This document shows positions 1 to 11,510 of a stretch of 64,000 bases of DNA, piece after piece. The notes under the pieces are model-generated. The model saw only the letters and a list, made by a program, of their open reading frames with translations. It was not told where the DNA came from and searched no databases. Made by a program: the position numbers and the translations under genes. Each line of letters opens with the position of its first letter. Position 1 is the stretch's first letter. Origin of the DNA: Lama glama (taxonomy: Eukaryota); NCBI GenBank assembly GCA_028534125.1, contig CM052816.1, positions 61,816,001 to 61,880,000 on the forward strand, written 5' to 3'.

Positions 1-2642
1 TTTCAGAAGATTGAAAAGGAGAGAATACTCCCAAACTCATTCTATGAAGCCACCATCACCCTGATACCAAAAGCAGGCAAAACACTACCAAAAAATAGAA
101 TTACAGACCAGTATCACTGATGAACTTGGATGCAAAAATCCTTACCAAAATATTAGCAAATAGAATCCAACAGCTCATAAAAAAGGTTATACAACATGAT
201 CAAGTGGGGTTCATCCCAGGGACACAAGGGTGGTTCAACGTACACAAATCAATCAGTGTAATACATCACATCAACAAGAGAAAGGACAAAAACCACATGA
301 TCATCTCAACAGATGCAGAAAAAGCATTTGATAAAATTCAACACACATTTATGATAAAACTCTCACCAAAGTGGGTACAGAGGGAACATATCTCAACATA
401 ATAAAAGCTATATATGACAAACCTACAGCCAGCGTAGTACTCAACAGTGAAAAACTCAAAAACTTCCCACTAAAAGCTGGGACAAGACAAGGCTGTCCAC
501 TCTCACCACTCCTATTCAACATAGTCTTGGAAGTCTGAACCACAGCAATCAGGCAAGAGAAAGAAATAAAAGGGATCCAAATTGGAAAAGAGGTAAAAGT
601 GTCACTATATGCAGATCACATGATACTATATATAGAAAACCCTAAAAGGTCCACACAAAAACTACTAGAACTAATTGAAGAATTCAGCAAGGTAGCAGGT
701 TACAAGATTAATGTACCAAAATCAGTTGCATTTTTTTACACTAATGATGAATCAACACAAAAAGAAAGTAAAGAAACAGTCCCTTTTAAAATAGCACCCA
801 AAGTAATAAAATACCTAGGAATAAATCTAACCAAGGAGGTGAAAGACTTTATACATTAAGAACTACAAAACATTGATTAAGGAAATTAAAGACTTTAAAA
901 AATGGAAAGATATCCCGTGCTCCTGGATTGGAAGAATCAATATTGTTAAAATGGTCACACTGCCCAAGGCAATCTACAGATTGAATACAATCCCTATCAA
1001 ATTACCCAGGACATACTTCACAGAACTAGAACAAATCATAATAAAATTTATATGGAATCACAAAAGACCCAGAATTGCCAAAGTATTACTGAAGAAAAAG
1101 AAAGAGGTTGGAGAAATAACCCTCCCAGACTTCAGACAATACTATAGAGCTACAGTAATCAACACAGCATGGTATTGGTACAAAAACAGACATATGGACC
1201 AATGGAACAGAATAGAGAGCCCAGAAATGAACCCACAAACTTTTGGTCAGCTAATCTTCGACAAAGAAGGCAAGATATACAATGGAATAAAGACAGTCTC
1301 TTTAGCAAATGGTGTTGGGAAAAGTGGACAACAGCATGTAAATCAGTGAAGCTAGAACACTCCCTCACATCATACACAAAAATAAACTCAAAATGGATCA
1401 AAGACTTAAACATAAGATACAATAAACCTTCTAGAAGAAAACATAGGCAAAACATTATCTCACATACATCTCAGCAATGTTCTCCTAGGGCAGTCCACCC
1501 AAGCAATAGAAATAAAAGCAAGAATAAACAAATGGGACCTAATTAAACTTACAAGCGTCTGCACAGCAAAGGAAACCATAAGCAAGACAAAACGACAACC
1601 TATGGAATGGGAGAAAATTTTTGTATAAGATGAAAGTGACAAAGGCTTGATCTCCAGAATATATAAGCTGAAGCTCATATGACTTAGTAAGAAAAAAACA
1701 AAGAACTCAATCCAAAAATAGGCAGAAGACCTAAACAAGCAATTCTCCAGTGAAGACATACATGATCAATAGGCACATGAAAAAATGCTCAATATCACTA
1801 ATTATCAGAGAAAGGCAAATCAAAACTACAATGAGGTATCACCTCACACCAGTCAGAATGGCCATCATTCGAAAGTCCACAAATGTCAAATGCTGGAGAG
1901 GCTGTGGAGAAAAGGGAACCCTCCTTCACTGCTGGTGGGAATGCAGTTTGGTGCAGCCACTGTGGAAAACAGTATGGAGATTCCTCCAAAGACTGGGAAT
2001 AGACTTACCATATGACCCAGGAATCCCACTCCTGGGCATATATCCAGAAGGAATCCTACTTCAAAAAGACACCTGCACCCCAATGTTCATAGCAGCACTA
2101 TTTACAGTAGCCAAGACATGGAAACAGCCTAAATGTCCATCAACAGATGACTGGATAAAAAATATACAATGGAATACTATTCAGCCATAAAAACTGACAA
2201 ATAACACCATTTGCAGCAACATGGATGTTCCTGGAGAATGTCATTCTAAGTGAAGTCAGCCAGAAGAGAAACAAAAATACCACATGAGATCACTCATATG
2301 TGGAATCTAAAAAAAACCAAAAACAAAAACATAAATACAAAACAGAAACAGACTTATAGACAGAATACAAACTTGTGGTTGCCAAGGGGGAGGGGGATGG
2401 AAACGGACAAAATTCGAAATTTGTAGATACTGACATGCTTATGTAGAATAGATAAACAAGATTATACTGTATAGCACAGGGAAATATATACAAGATCTTG
2501 TGGTAGCTCACAGTGAAAAAGAATGTGACAATGAATATATATATGTAAGTTTACGTATGACCGAAAAATTGTGTTCTACACTGGAGATTGACACAACGTT
2601 GTAAACTGACTATGTAACTCAGTAAAATTTAATTTTAAAAAA
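1..2642 (+). mobile_element. Young lineage-specific LINE-1, 3' part (ORF2 RT and C-terminal domain, 3' UTR), disabled; continues left of the window
   Basis: ORF fragments show L1 ORF2 motifs: [62 protein letters not shown]. There are multiple frameshifts and stops, and the RT motif reads YADH at 608-619. Confidence 0.97.
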
Positions 2643-2644
2643 TG

Positions 2645-3770
2645 CTTAGAAGGAATCCAAATAGAGGTGCACAGTAGGAAGCTGAATACAGGCCAATCTT
2701 CTTTTATTATGCTTTGCTTTATTACGCTCCACAGACACTGCGTTTTGTTTTGTTGTTGTTTTTTAATTGAAGGTTTATAGCAATTCTGTGTCAAGCAAGC
2801 CTGCTGGCACCATTTTTCCAAAAGTAGTATTTTAAAACTAAGGTATGTACATTGTTTTCTTAGACACAATGCTCTTGCACATTCAACAGACTACAGTATG
2901 GTATAAACGTAACTTTAATATGTACTGAAAAACCAAAAAATTAACATGAGTTACTTTATTGTGATATTCTTTTTATTGCAGTGGTCTGGAACCAAACCCA
3001 TAATACCTCTGAGGTATGCCTGTATGTGGCTGTATGATTTAGCAACAAAATCTGTGTTGGAGATCCAGATTTGGCGGAGAATTGCTTCGGTGTATACATA
3101 ACTGTATAGGTAAATAAAAGTGGATAAAGTCACCCAGTGGGTTGAAGTGGATGAGGTGACCTATGGAAGAAGTGAGAGGTTTGAGAAGAGGAGAGGAACT
3201 CGAACATTAAAGGGGTGGGAGAAGGCGAGTATTCAGTGATGGGTGCTGGGAAGATGTGGCTAGAGAGACGGGGGGAAATCAGGTCAGGTTGGTGTCATAG
3301 AAAACAAAGGAAGAGAGCATCCTAAGGAGGAAGAGGTGATGTATTAATATGATGTCTAAACTGAACTATGTCTCTGGCCTGAGAAGCATCTTCTGGATTT
3401 AAATGAAAATGGTGTTCAAACACTGGTAAGAACACTGTCAGAACAGTACTGGTACAGTCAAGGGGCTGTGCATGTAAGTCAGTGGAGACGGTGAGGAGAG
3501 ACACTACTATACAATTCTGCCCAGAAGACCAGGGAGAAAAATAAGAGGAAGAGGTTTGGCCTTGTTTTTTTTAATCGGCAAGAGAGTTTAGCATGTCTAA
3601 ATAATAATGGGGAGAGGTCAAGGGAAGGGAGAAGGATACAGGAGAAAGGGGGGATAACTTATGAACTGAGATCCTTGAGGAGAGAAAAGGTAAGGGATCA
3701 ACAGTATAGGGAAGATATTAATATTCACTGGAACAGGAGGTAAGGAGAAAAGCATAAGTGCAGATGATTA
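2645..3770 (-). mobile_element. L2 fragment interrupted by the Tigger1 derivative
   Basis: Degenerate GA-rich plus-strand sequence typical of antisense L2, contiguous across the TA insertion site. Confidence 0.55.
2689..3022 (+). mobile_element. Tigger1-derived non-autonomous DNA transposon (internal deletion derivative)
   Basis: Ends caggccaatctt... and ...gaggtatgcctg flanked by TA on both sides. Internal sequence resembles the 5' and 3' ends of Tigger1. Confidence 0.85.
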
Positions 3771-3771
3771 C

Positions 3772-4135
3772 CTCAGAAAATATTAGAATTAATAAGGGAA
3801 TTAAAAAATGCCCATATACAAGATAAAAAAATTCAGTAGCTTCCCTCGATCCCAGAAATCACCAACTACAAAATGTATTGCAAAAAACAGTTCACGATAG
3901 CACCAAAATATATAGAATGCCTAGGAATAAACAATGAAAATGTGTAAGACTTTAATGAAAAAAGTATACAACTTTTCTTTAAAACTATTAGAAAAAATAG
4001 AGTTGATACTCTTATAACTCTGAAGGTTTTATGATATCCTTCTAACATTGGAGATAGTAAAGGCCTTCTTAAATGAGACATTAAAAAGCCCAATAAAGAA
4101 AAAAGTTGATAAATCCAACTAAATAAAAATTTAGC
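3772..4135 (+). mobile_element. Ancient L1M ORF2 fragment
   Basis: Degenerate ORF2-like sequence (tattagaattaataag, cctaggaataaac, gtgtaagact). Confidence 0.6.
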
Positions 4136-4139
4136 CACA

Positions 4140-7100
4140 GAAGTGCATGCCAACAGCCAAGGCCCTCATAGCTATCTTGTCCCTGGTCTGACCACTGCGT
4201 GCACCTGCAACCGGCCCCTCCGGCTGTGCACTTGCAAGCCCCAACCCATCACTCACATCCACTGCTGTGTGCCTGTGGGGAGACCCCATGGCCACAGGAG
4301 TGTGTGTCAACAGGCAGGGCCCTTGCAGCTGCTTATGGGTCGAGATTCAGCCTTGTCTCCTGTCACTGGCCTGCACCACTGGGCTCACTTGTAGCTGCCC
4401 TGTGTACCTGCTTACCCCTGATGCGACTCCTGACACTAGTTTCCACTGCCATGTGCCTGCGGTGTGTCCAGGCCCTTGTAGCTGACCCTGGCCCCTACCA
4501 CTCTTTGTGTGTCTGCTATTGGCTTCTAGCACTAAGGAGGCACCTGCAGCTCACCCGTACAGCTGAGTGTGTGCATACCACTGGCCCTGGCCACCACTGC
4601 TGCCTGCCTAGGTCCCTAGCAGCTGGATCTGGAAGGGCTGCTGAGAATCTGAACAGCCCTTGTAGCCACTGTGGATGCCCTACACTGCTCATCATGGACC
4701 AAACAGTTTTCAATGCTGTGAACGCCTGGCTTGAGGTGATGAGACATCATGCCCTGCCCCACCCCCCCGAACCTGGAGCTGCCACATGCCCCTGCACTTG
4801 ATGTGCTGTACCACTAGATCTGGTGTCATGGTATGGCCCCCCAGACAAGTAAAGGTCTTTCCTTATTGAAGTCAGTCCATGAAGTCTGGAAGAGGTGAAA
4901 GCTTCCTCAAATGTGCAGACACCCACCCAGACTACAGGAATTACAAAGAATCAGGGACACATGACACTATCAAAGGAACACAGTAAATGTCCAGTAACTG
5001 ACCCCAAAGAAATGGAGATACAGGAATTACCTGATAAAGAATTAAAAATAATTGTTCTAAAGATGCTTAGATAGCTACAAGAGAAATCAGATGAACAATT
5101 TAGAAAAATCAGGAAAATAATATAAGAACAAAATACGAAATTCAGCAAATAAATACAAAACCAAAAAGAATCAAACAAGTTTTAGAGCTAAAGAATACAA
5201 TGACTAAACTGAATTATTCAATAGAGAGCTCTGAAAGCAGACTGGACCAAGAGGAAGGAATTAGCTCAAAGACAGAGCATTTGAAATTATCCAGTCAGAG
5301 GAACAAAAGCAGAAAGTCTGAAAAGGAATGAAGAATGCCTATGACAATTTTACCATTAAAAAAAAAACAACACTCTATGTATCACTGGAGGCCCTGAAGG
5401 GAAGAGAAGGAGACACGAGGAGAAAGCTTATTTGAAGAAATAATGGCTTTGAACTTTCCAAACCTGAAAAGAGATTAACACATCTTAAGTTCATGAAGCT
5501 AATAGGTCACCCTATAATTTCAGTCCAAAATGATCTTCTCCAAGACACATTATAATTAAACTGTCTAAAATTGAATACAATGAGAGAATTTTAAAAGCAG
5601 TAAGAGAAAAATTATTCACTCATAAAAGGGAACCCCCATAAGGCTATCAGTAGGTTTGTTACCAGAAACCTTGCAGGCCAGGGGACAGAGAGATGATACA
5701 TTCGATGTGGTGAAAGAACTGCCAACCAAGAACACTTCACCCAACAAAGTTGTCCTTCAGAAGTGAAGGTGATATAAAAAAATTCCGAAATAAACAAAAG
5801 TGGAGGGAGTTTATCACTACAAAACCTGCCTTACAAGAAATGCTGAAAGGAGTTCTTCACATAAAAAAAAGGATGCTAATTAGTAACATCAAAACATGAA
5901 AATATACAATACACTAGTAAAAGTAAGTATATAGTTTGATTCAGAATACTCTAATACTGTAATATGGTGTTGTGTTAGCCACTTAATTCTCTAAAGGTTA
6001 AAGAACAAAAGTATTAAAAACAACTATAGCTACAATAAGTTGTTACTGAATACACAATATAAAGTGATATAAATTGTGACATCAAAAACATAAAATGTTT
6101 GTGGGGGTAAAAGGGTGGAGTTTTTTTTATGTGACCAAAGTTAAGCTGTTATCAACTTATAACACTGTTATATCTTTAAGATGTTTCAAGTAAACCTCAG
6201 GATAACCACATAATAAAAACCTATAGTAGATACAAGGTAACAAGTAGGGAATCAAGGTATAGCACTACGGAAAATCATCAATTCACAAAGACATTAAGAA
6301 AGGAAGAAAGGAACAAAAGCAATACAAAACAGCCAGAAAACAACTAATAAGATTAAGCATAGTAAATTCTTACCTATCAATAATTAAAAATAATTATTTT
6401 AAATGTAAATGGATAAAATTCTCTAATCAAAAGGCATAGAATGGCTGAATGGAAAAACAGACCCTCAACTATATGCTTCCTACAAAAGACTCACTTCAGT
6501 TTCATAGACACACATAAGTTCAAAACGAATGGGTGGAAAAAGATATTCCACACAAATGGAAACAAAAAGAGAACAAGGGTAGCTATACTTATATCAGAAA
6601 AAATAGACTTTAAATAAAAAATGTTAACAAGAGACAAAGAACCTAATTATATAATGATAAAGGGATCAATTCATGAAGAGGATATAACAATTGTAAATAT
6701 ATATGTTTGGATTTTCTTTTGAAGGAGGAGTAATTAGATTTATCTATTTATTTTTTTTAATGGAGATACTAGGAATTGAACCCAGCACCTCATGCATGCT
6801 AAGCACACACTAAACCATTGAGTTATACCCTGCTTTGACAATTTTAAGTATATGTGTACCCAACATGAGGGCACCTAGATATATTAAGCAGATACCAAAA
6901 TCAGATAAGGACATGACAAGAACTTAAAACTATAGGCCAGTATCCCTGATGAATATGAGTGCAAAGATTCTCAACAAAATACTAACAAACTGAATTTAAT
7001 AGCACATTAAAATCATCATACACTATGATCAAGTGGGATGCATGAATGGTTCAACATATGCAAATCAATAAATGTGATATATCACATTAATACAATGAGA

Positions 7101-9392
7101 GAAAAAAATCAGAGGGTCATCTCAATAGATGTATAATAAGCATTTGATAAAATTCAACATCCTTTCATGATAAAAACTCTCAACAAATTGGTTATAGAAG
7201 AAGCAATACTCAACATGATAAAAGCCACATATGACAAACCCACAGCTAACATCATACTCAATGGTGAAAGTTTGAAAGCTTCCCTTCTAAAATCAAGAAA
7301 GACAAGAGTGCCCACTGTTAACACAACTACTCAACATACTGGAAGACCTAGCCTAAACAATTAGGCAAGAAAAAGAAATAAAAGGTATCCAAATTGGAAA
7401 GGAAAAAGTAAAATTGTCTCTGCTTGCTGATGACATTATCTTGTACACAGAGAATTCTAAAGATGCCACTAAAAAACTGTTAGGACTAATAAATGAATTT
7501 CATGAAGTCTCAGGATATGATACAACCACATACAGAGTTAAAACATTTCTGTAAACTAACAGCTATCTGAAAAAGAAATAAAGAAAACCATCCCATTTAC
7601 AGTAGCCTGAAAAAAAGATACTTAGGGATAAATTCAACCAAGGAAGTGAAAGATGTATACATCAAAAACTAAGACACTGATGAAGGAAACTGAAGAAGAC
7701 ACAAACAAATGGAAAGATATCTCATGGATCAGAAGAGTTAATGTATTTAAAATGTCCATATGATTGAATGATTTCTATAGATTCAGTACAGTTTCTATCA
7801 AAATTCCCATGGTATTTTTTGGCAGAAAAAGAAAAAAATCCCAAAATTCATATGGAACTACAAAAGACCCAGAGTATTCAAAACAATTCTGAGAAACAAG
7901 AATAAAGCTGAAGGCCTCACACTTCCTGATTTCAAACTCTAAGATGAAGCAACAGTAATCAAAATAGTACAGTACTGGCATAAAAACAGACACATAGACC
8001 AGTGGAGCAGAATCAAGAACCCAGAAAAAAACCTGTGCATATACTGTTAACTAATATTTGTTAAGGGAGCCAAAAATACTCAATGGGGTAAGGACAGTCT
8101 CTTCAGTAAGTGGTTCTGGGAAAACTGAAAAAATCACATGCAAAAGAATGAAATTGGACCCTTATTGTACATCATCCACAAAAAACTCAAAATGATTAAG
8201 GACTTAAACATAAGACCTGAAACTGTAGAACTTCTAGAAGAAAACACAGAAAAATCTCCTTGGCATTGGTCATGGGAATGGTTTTTTGGTTATGACATCA
8301 AAAGCAAAAATCAACAAGAAGAACTATATTTAAAACTAAAAAGCTTCTGCACAGCAAAAGAAACAATCAACAAAATGAAAAGGCAAATTACAGAATGGGA
8401 GAATGTATTAGCAAGCCATATACTGAAAAGGGGTTAATATCCAAAACATATAAGGAACTTATACAAATCAAAAACAAAATACTCCAATCTGATTGAAAAA
8501 TGGGCAGAGAATCTGAATAAACATTTCTCCAAAGAAGACATATAAATGGCCAACAAGTCTATGAAAAGATGCTCAGCATCACTAATCATCAGGGGACGCA
8601 AACCAAAACCATGAGAATATATCACCTTATTACCTGTTAGAATGGCTATTGTCAGAAAGAGAAGAGGTAACAAATGCTGGTGAGGATGTGGAGAAAAGGG
8701 AACCATTATGCGTTTTTGGTGGGAACATAAATTAGTGCAGCCACTATGGAAACAGTATGGAGGTTCCTCAAATTAAAAACAGAACTACCATATGATCCAT
8801 CAATCCCACTCCTGGGTATATATCTGGAGGGAACAAAATCACTGTCTTAAAGAGACAGCTGAACTACCATGTTCCAAATTGTAGCATTATTCACAATAGC
8901 CAAGACATAGAAACAACCTAAGTATCCATCGACAAATGAATGGAGAAAGAAAATGTGATATATACACACACACACATACACATATACATATACACACACA
9001 TACACGTATATACACAGTGAACTATTATTTAGGCATAAAAAAGAAGAAAAACTTGCCACTTAGGACAATATGAATGGACCTTTAGGGCATTATGCTAAGT
9101 TAGATAAGCCAGAGAAAGACAAGTATTTTCAGATCTCACTTATATGTGGAACCTAAAAACAGTGAACTCATAGAAAGAGGGTATATAAATTTTCCGTTAC
9201 AAGATGAATAAATTCTGGAGGGTACAGCAACAAACTGGTCTTTATGTGAGGTGAAGGATGTATTAACTAACTACTGTGGTAAACATTTCAAAGGGTATAT
9301 GTGTATCAAATCATTACACTATACTCCTTAAACTTACACAGTGGTATGTGTTACTGTATCAATATAATTGAGCTGAGGACTAAAAAAGAAAA
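4140..9392 (+). mobile_element. Old near-full-length L1 (L1MA-like 3' end) with GC-rich 5' UTR, ORF1, internally deleted ORF2 and 3' UTR
   Basis: GC-rich 5' region at about 4140-4870, ORF1-like region at about 4900-5860, EN start at about 6400-6890, RT and C-terminus at about 6895-8950 (LADD near 7425-7435), then an L1MA-type 3' UTR and A-rich tail. Heavily mutated. Confidence 0.9.
6707..6835 (-). mobile_element. tRNA-Ala-derived SINE (camelid vic-1-like) inserted in L1 ORF2
   Basis: Reverse complement gggtataactcaatggtttagtgtgtgcttagcatgcatgaggtgctgggttcaattcctagtatctcca resembles tRNA-Ala(AGC), followed by an A-rich tail. Degenerate TSD acaattgtaaatatatatgt (6687-6706) / acaattttaagtatatgtgt (6838-6857). 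Confidence 0.88.
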
Positions 9393-9667
9393 CAAGAATA
9401 ATAAAATCAAATGGCATGCCACAGACCATTTCAAAGCAGTTAAGGGCCAGAAAGGGGTTGCTGTGGGAGTGGTAAGAATTGTGCTGTAACAAGTCTAAGC
9501 CAGTGGTGCTGGGCACATTTAATTCAGAAAGCACTACTTTGGTACCACTTGAGAACTAGGATCACAAATTGGGATTCTAATAAAGCTTCCCAGGACCTAT
9601 AGACTGGGTCATGACCTCTGATAAATAATCATCATGACACACACAATAACTAGAGATGCTACAGCTT

Positions 9668-10143
9668 AGCAGTTCCCAAAGTGTTGGGGATCAGTGTGTC
9701 TGCAATGTCAAAATTATTTTTGTATGAATACCAAGACATTATTTGCCCTTTCATTCTCATCCTCTTATGAATGTACAGTGAAAATTTTCAGAGAATACAT
9801 GATGCATGAGGTCAAAACAAAGTGAATGCAGAAGCAGATTTGAGAATCCAGCTGCTCCTGTAATGCTAGACATTAGAGATATGGAAAAAAAAAAAAAGTA
9901 AATCCATGCCACTCTTCTCACTAAATTTGCTGCTTTGAAAATATAATTATTCTTCATAAAAATATTTATGTTAACATGTAACAGGTTCATTATTGTTATT
10001 TTGAAGTAATTTAAAATTTCATAGTTTTAATTTCTAATAAGGAAAATATTGATAAATATAATTCCCATAAACAAAAGCTTTTTGAGTCCTCAATAATGTT
10101 TAAGAGTATAAAGGAGTCCAGAGATCTACAGCTTGAGACCTGT
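9668..10143 (+). mobile_element. hAT-Charlie DNA transposon (Charlie1b-like)
   Basis: Diagnostic segments gaatgcagaagcagattt..gagaatccagctg and ataaacaaaagctttttgagtcctcaataat, with degenerate termini. Confidence 0.75.
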
Positions 10144-10974
10144 TGTCCCAGTTATCACTAAAGGGTAGCCTGGCTTTCACGGGTCTCATGGCCTTCATCC
10201 TTATAGGTGTATCTGTGTTTGTCTACACCAAGTTGTTATCCATGCCTGGCAATGCCCTGCTTGAATGAAGTGGGGACTATAATCAAAGTCTCCACATGTT
10301 ATCATAGCACCCTTCACTCAATACATGACCAAATCATAGGCAGAATGTATTACACTTGTAATTACAGTATTACGTATAAAAGGTGATTTAAGCTTTGCCA
10401 ATATAAGCAATGAGATGAAGCTGTGTTTTTTAATGGTATCTTATAATGAGGTCTAAATTGGTCTAACAGTTAATAATCTTTTTTGTTTTTACATGTGCGT
10501 TATTAAATTTTCACTGTTTTTCATTCTGAAGACAACTGGTACTTGTTGCTTCTGTGCTATGCTAACTCCAGAGGAACACTTGAAAACATCTTCATGCTAA
10601 ATCTTGGTTCTCAGAACTCTAGTCGTTAGCAGAAACAAACTGTCTGGCTGATAGACAAAACTGATTTTTAATGCAAGCCAAGGTGCAGTAATAAAACTGA
10701 AAACAAATTCCAGATCCAAAAGTTCTAACCCATTATCTTAGAAGAAGACTTTTCCAGAATCGAGAACAAGAATACTTAGAGGTGATGATCTTGAGGAGTT
10801 ACACTGAAATTTGTACCAGTTACATTAAAAACAGAAGCAAAACAGACTGTGTTTGTATTTTTAAAAAGTTTACAAGGGCAAAACATTTCTTCTAAAATGT
10901 TATTCTTTTTCACTAAGCACTGTAAAGTACCTTAATTAATTCTTATGATTCTAACAGCCCTAAGAGCAAGTCAT

Positions 10975-11510
10975 AAAAATGGTATTTACTTGGGAGTATA
11001 AATTGGAATGACATTTTGGGAGGGCCATTTGAAAATATTTAGCAGAGCCTAACATGCATACCCACTGACTAAGCAATTCCAGTTTTTGAAACTTATCCTG
11101 AGAAAATTGGCAATGACATAGATGAAAGGATGTTCATTACAGTGTTGTGTATAATAATAAAAACTGGAAAAAGTCTAAATATCCAACATGGGCTGATAGG
11201 TAAACTGTGGTTCAGCATATAATGGGATACTACATGGCCATAATACAGAATATAAACATTATATTCTAAAATAATGTATGGCAAGGAAAATCATTCACTG
11301 TATTTTGCTGAGGGAAAAGAAGCAAGTTATAAAGTTATAGTATTATATGATCTCATTTCTGCTTAAAAAATATAAATGCAGAAAAGGATCTGGAAGTACA
11401 TATATATGTATAAATTAATAGTTTTTATTGTTGAGTTTGGGATCACAGGTGATTTTATTTACTTCTTTTGAGGGTTCTATACCCTAGTTTTTCTACAGTA
11501 TCTTTTCCTT
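10975..11510 (+). mobile_element. Ancient L1ME-like 3' fragment
   Basis: Degenerate L1 3' motifs (tgggagtataaattgg, agcaattccagttttt, gatgttcattacagtgttg). Confidence 0.65.

Noticed and set aside
4199..4801. 200-aa ORF, the longest gap-free ORF in the track
   Set aside because: It lies in the GC-rich L1 5' UTR where stop codons are rare, and has no recognisable protein features.
6760..6832. tRNA-Ala(AGC)-like sequence as a tRNA gene
   Set aside because: The stems are degenerate, and the SINE tail and TSD show it is a retroposed SINE.
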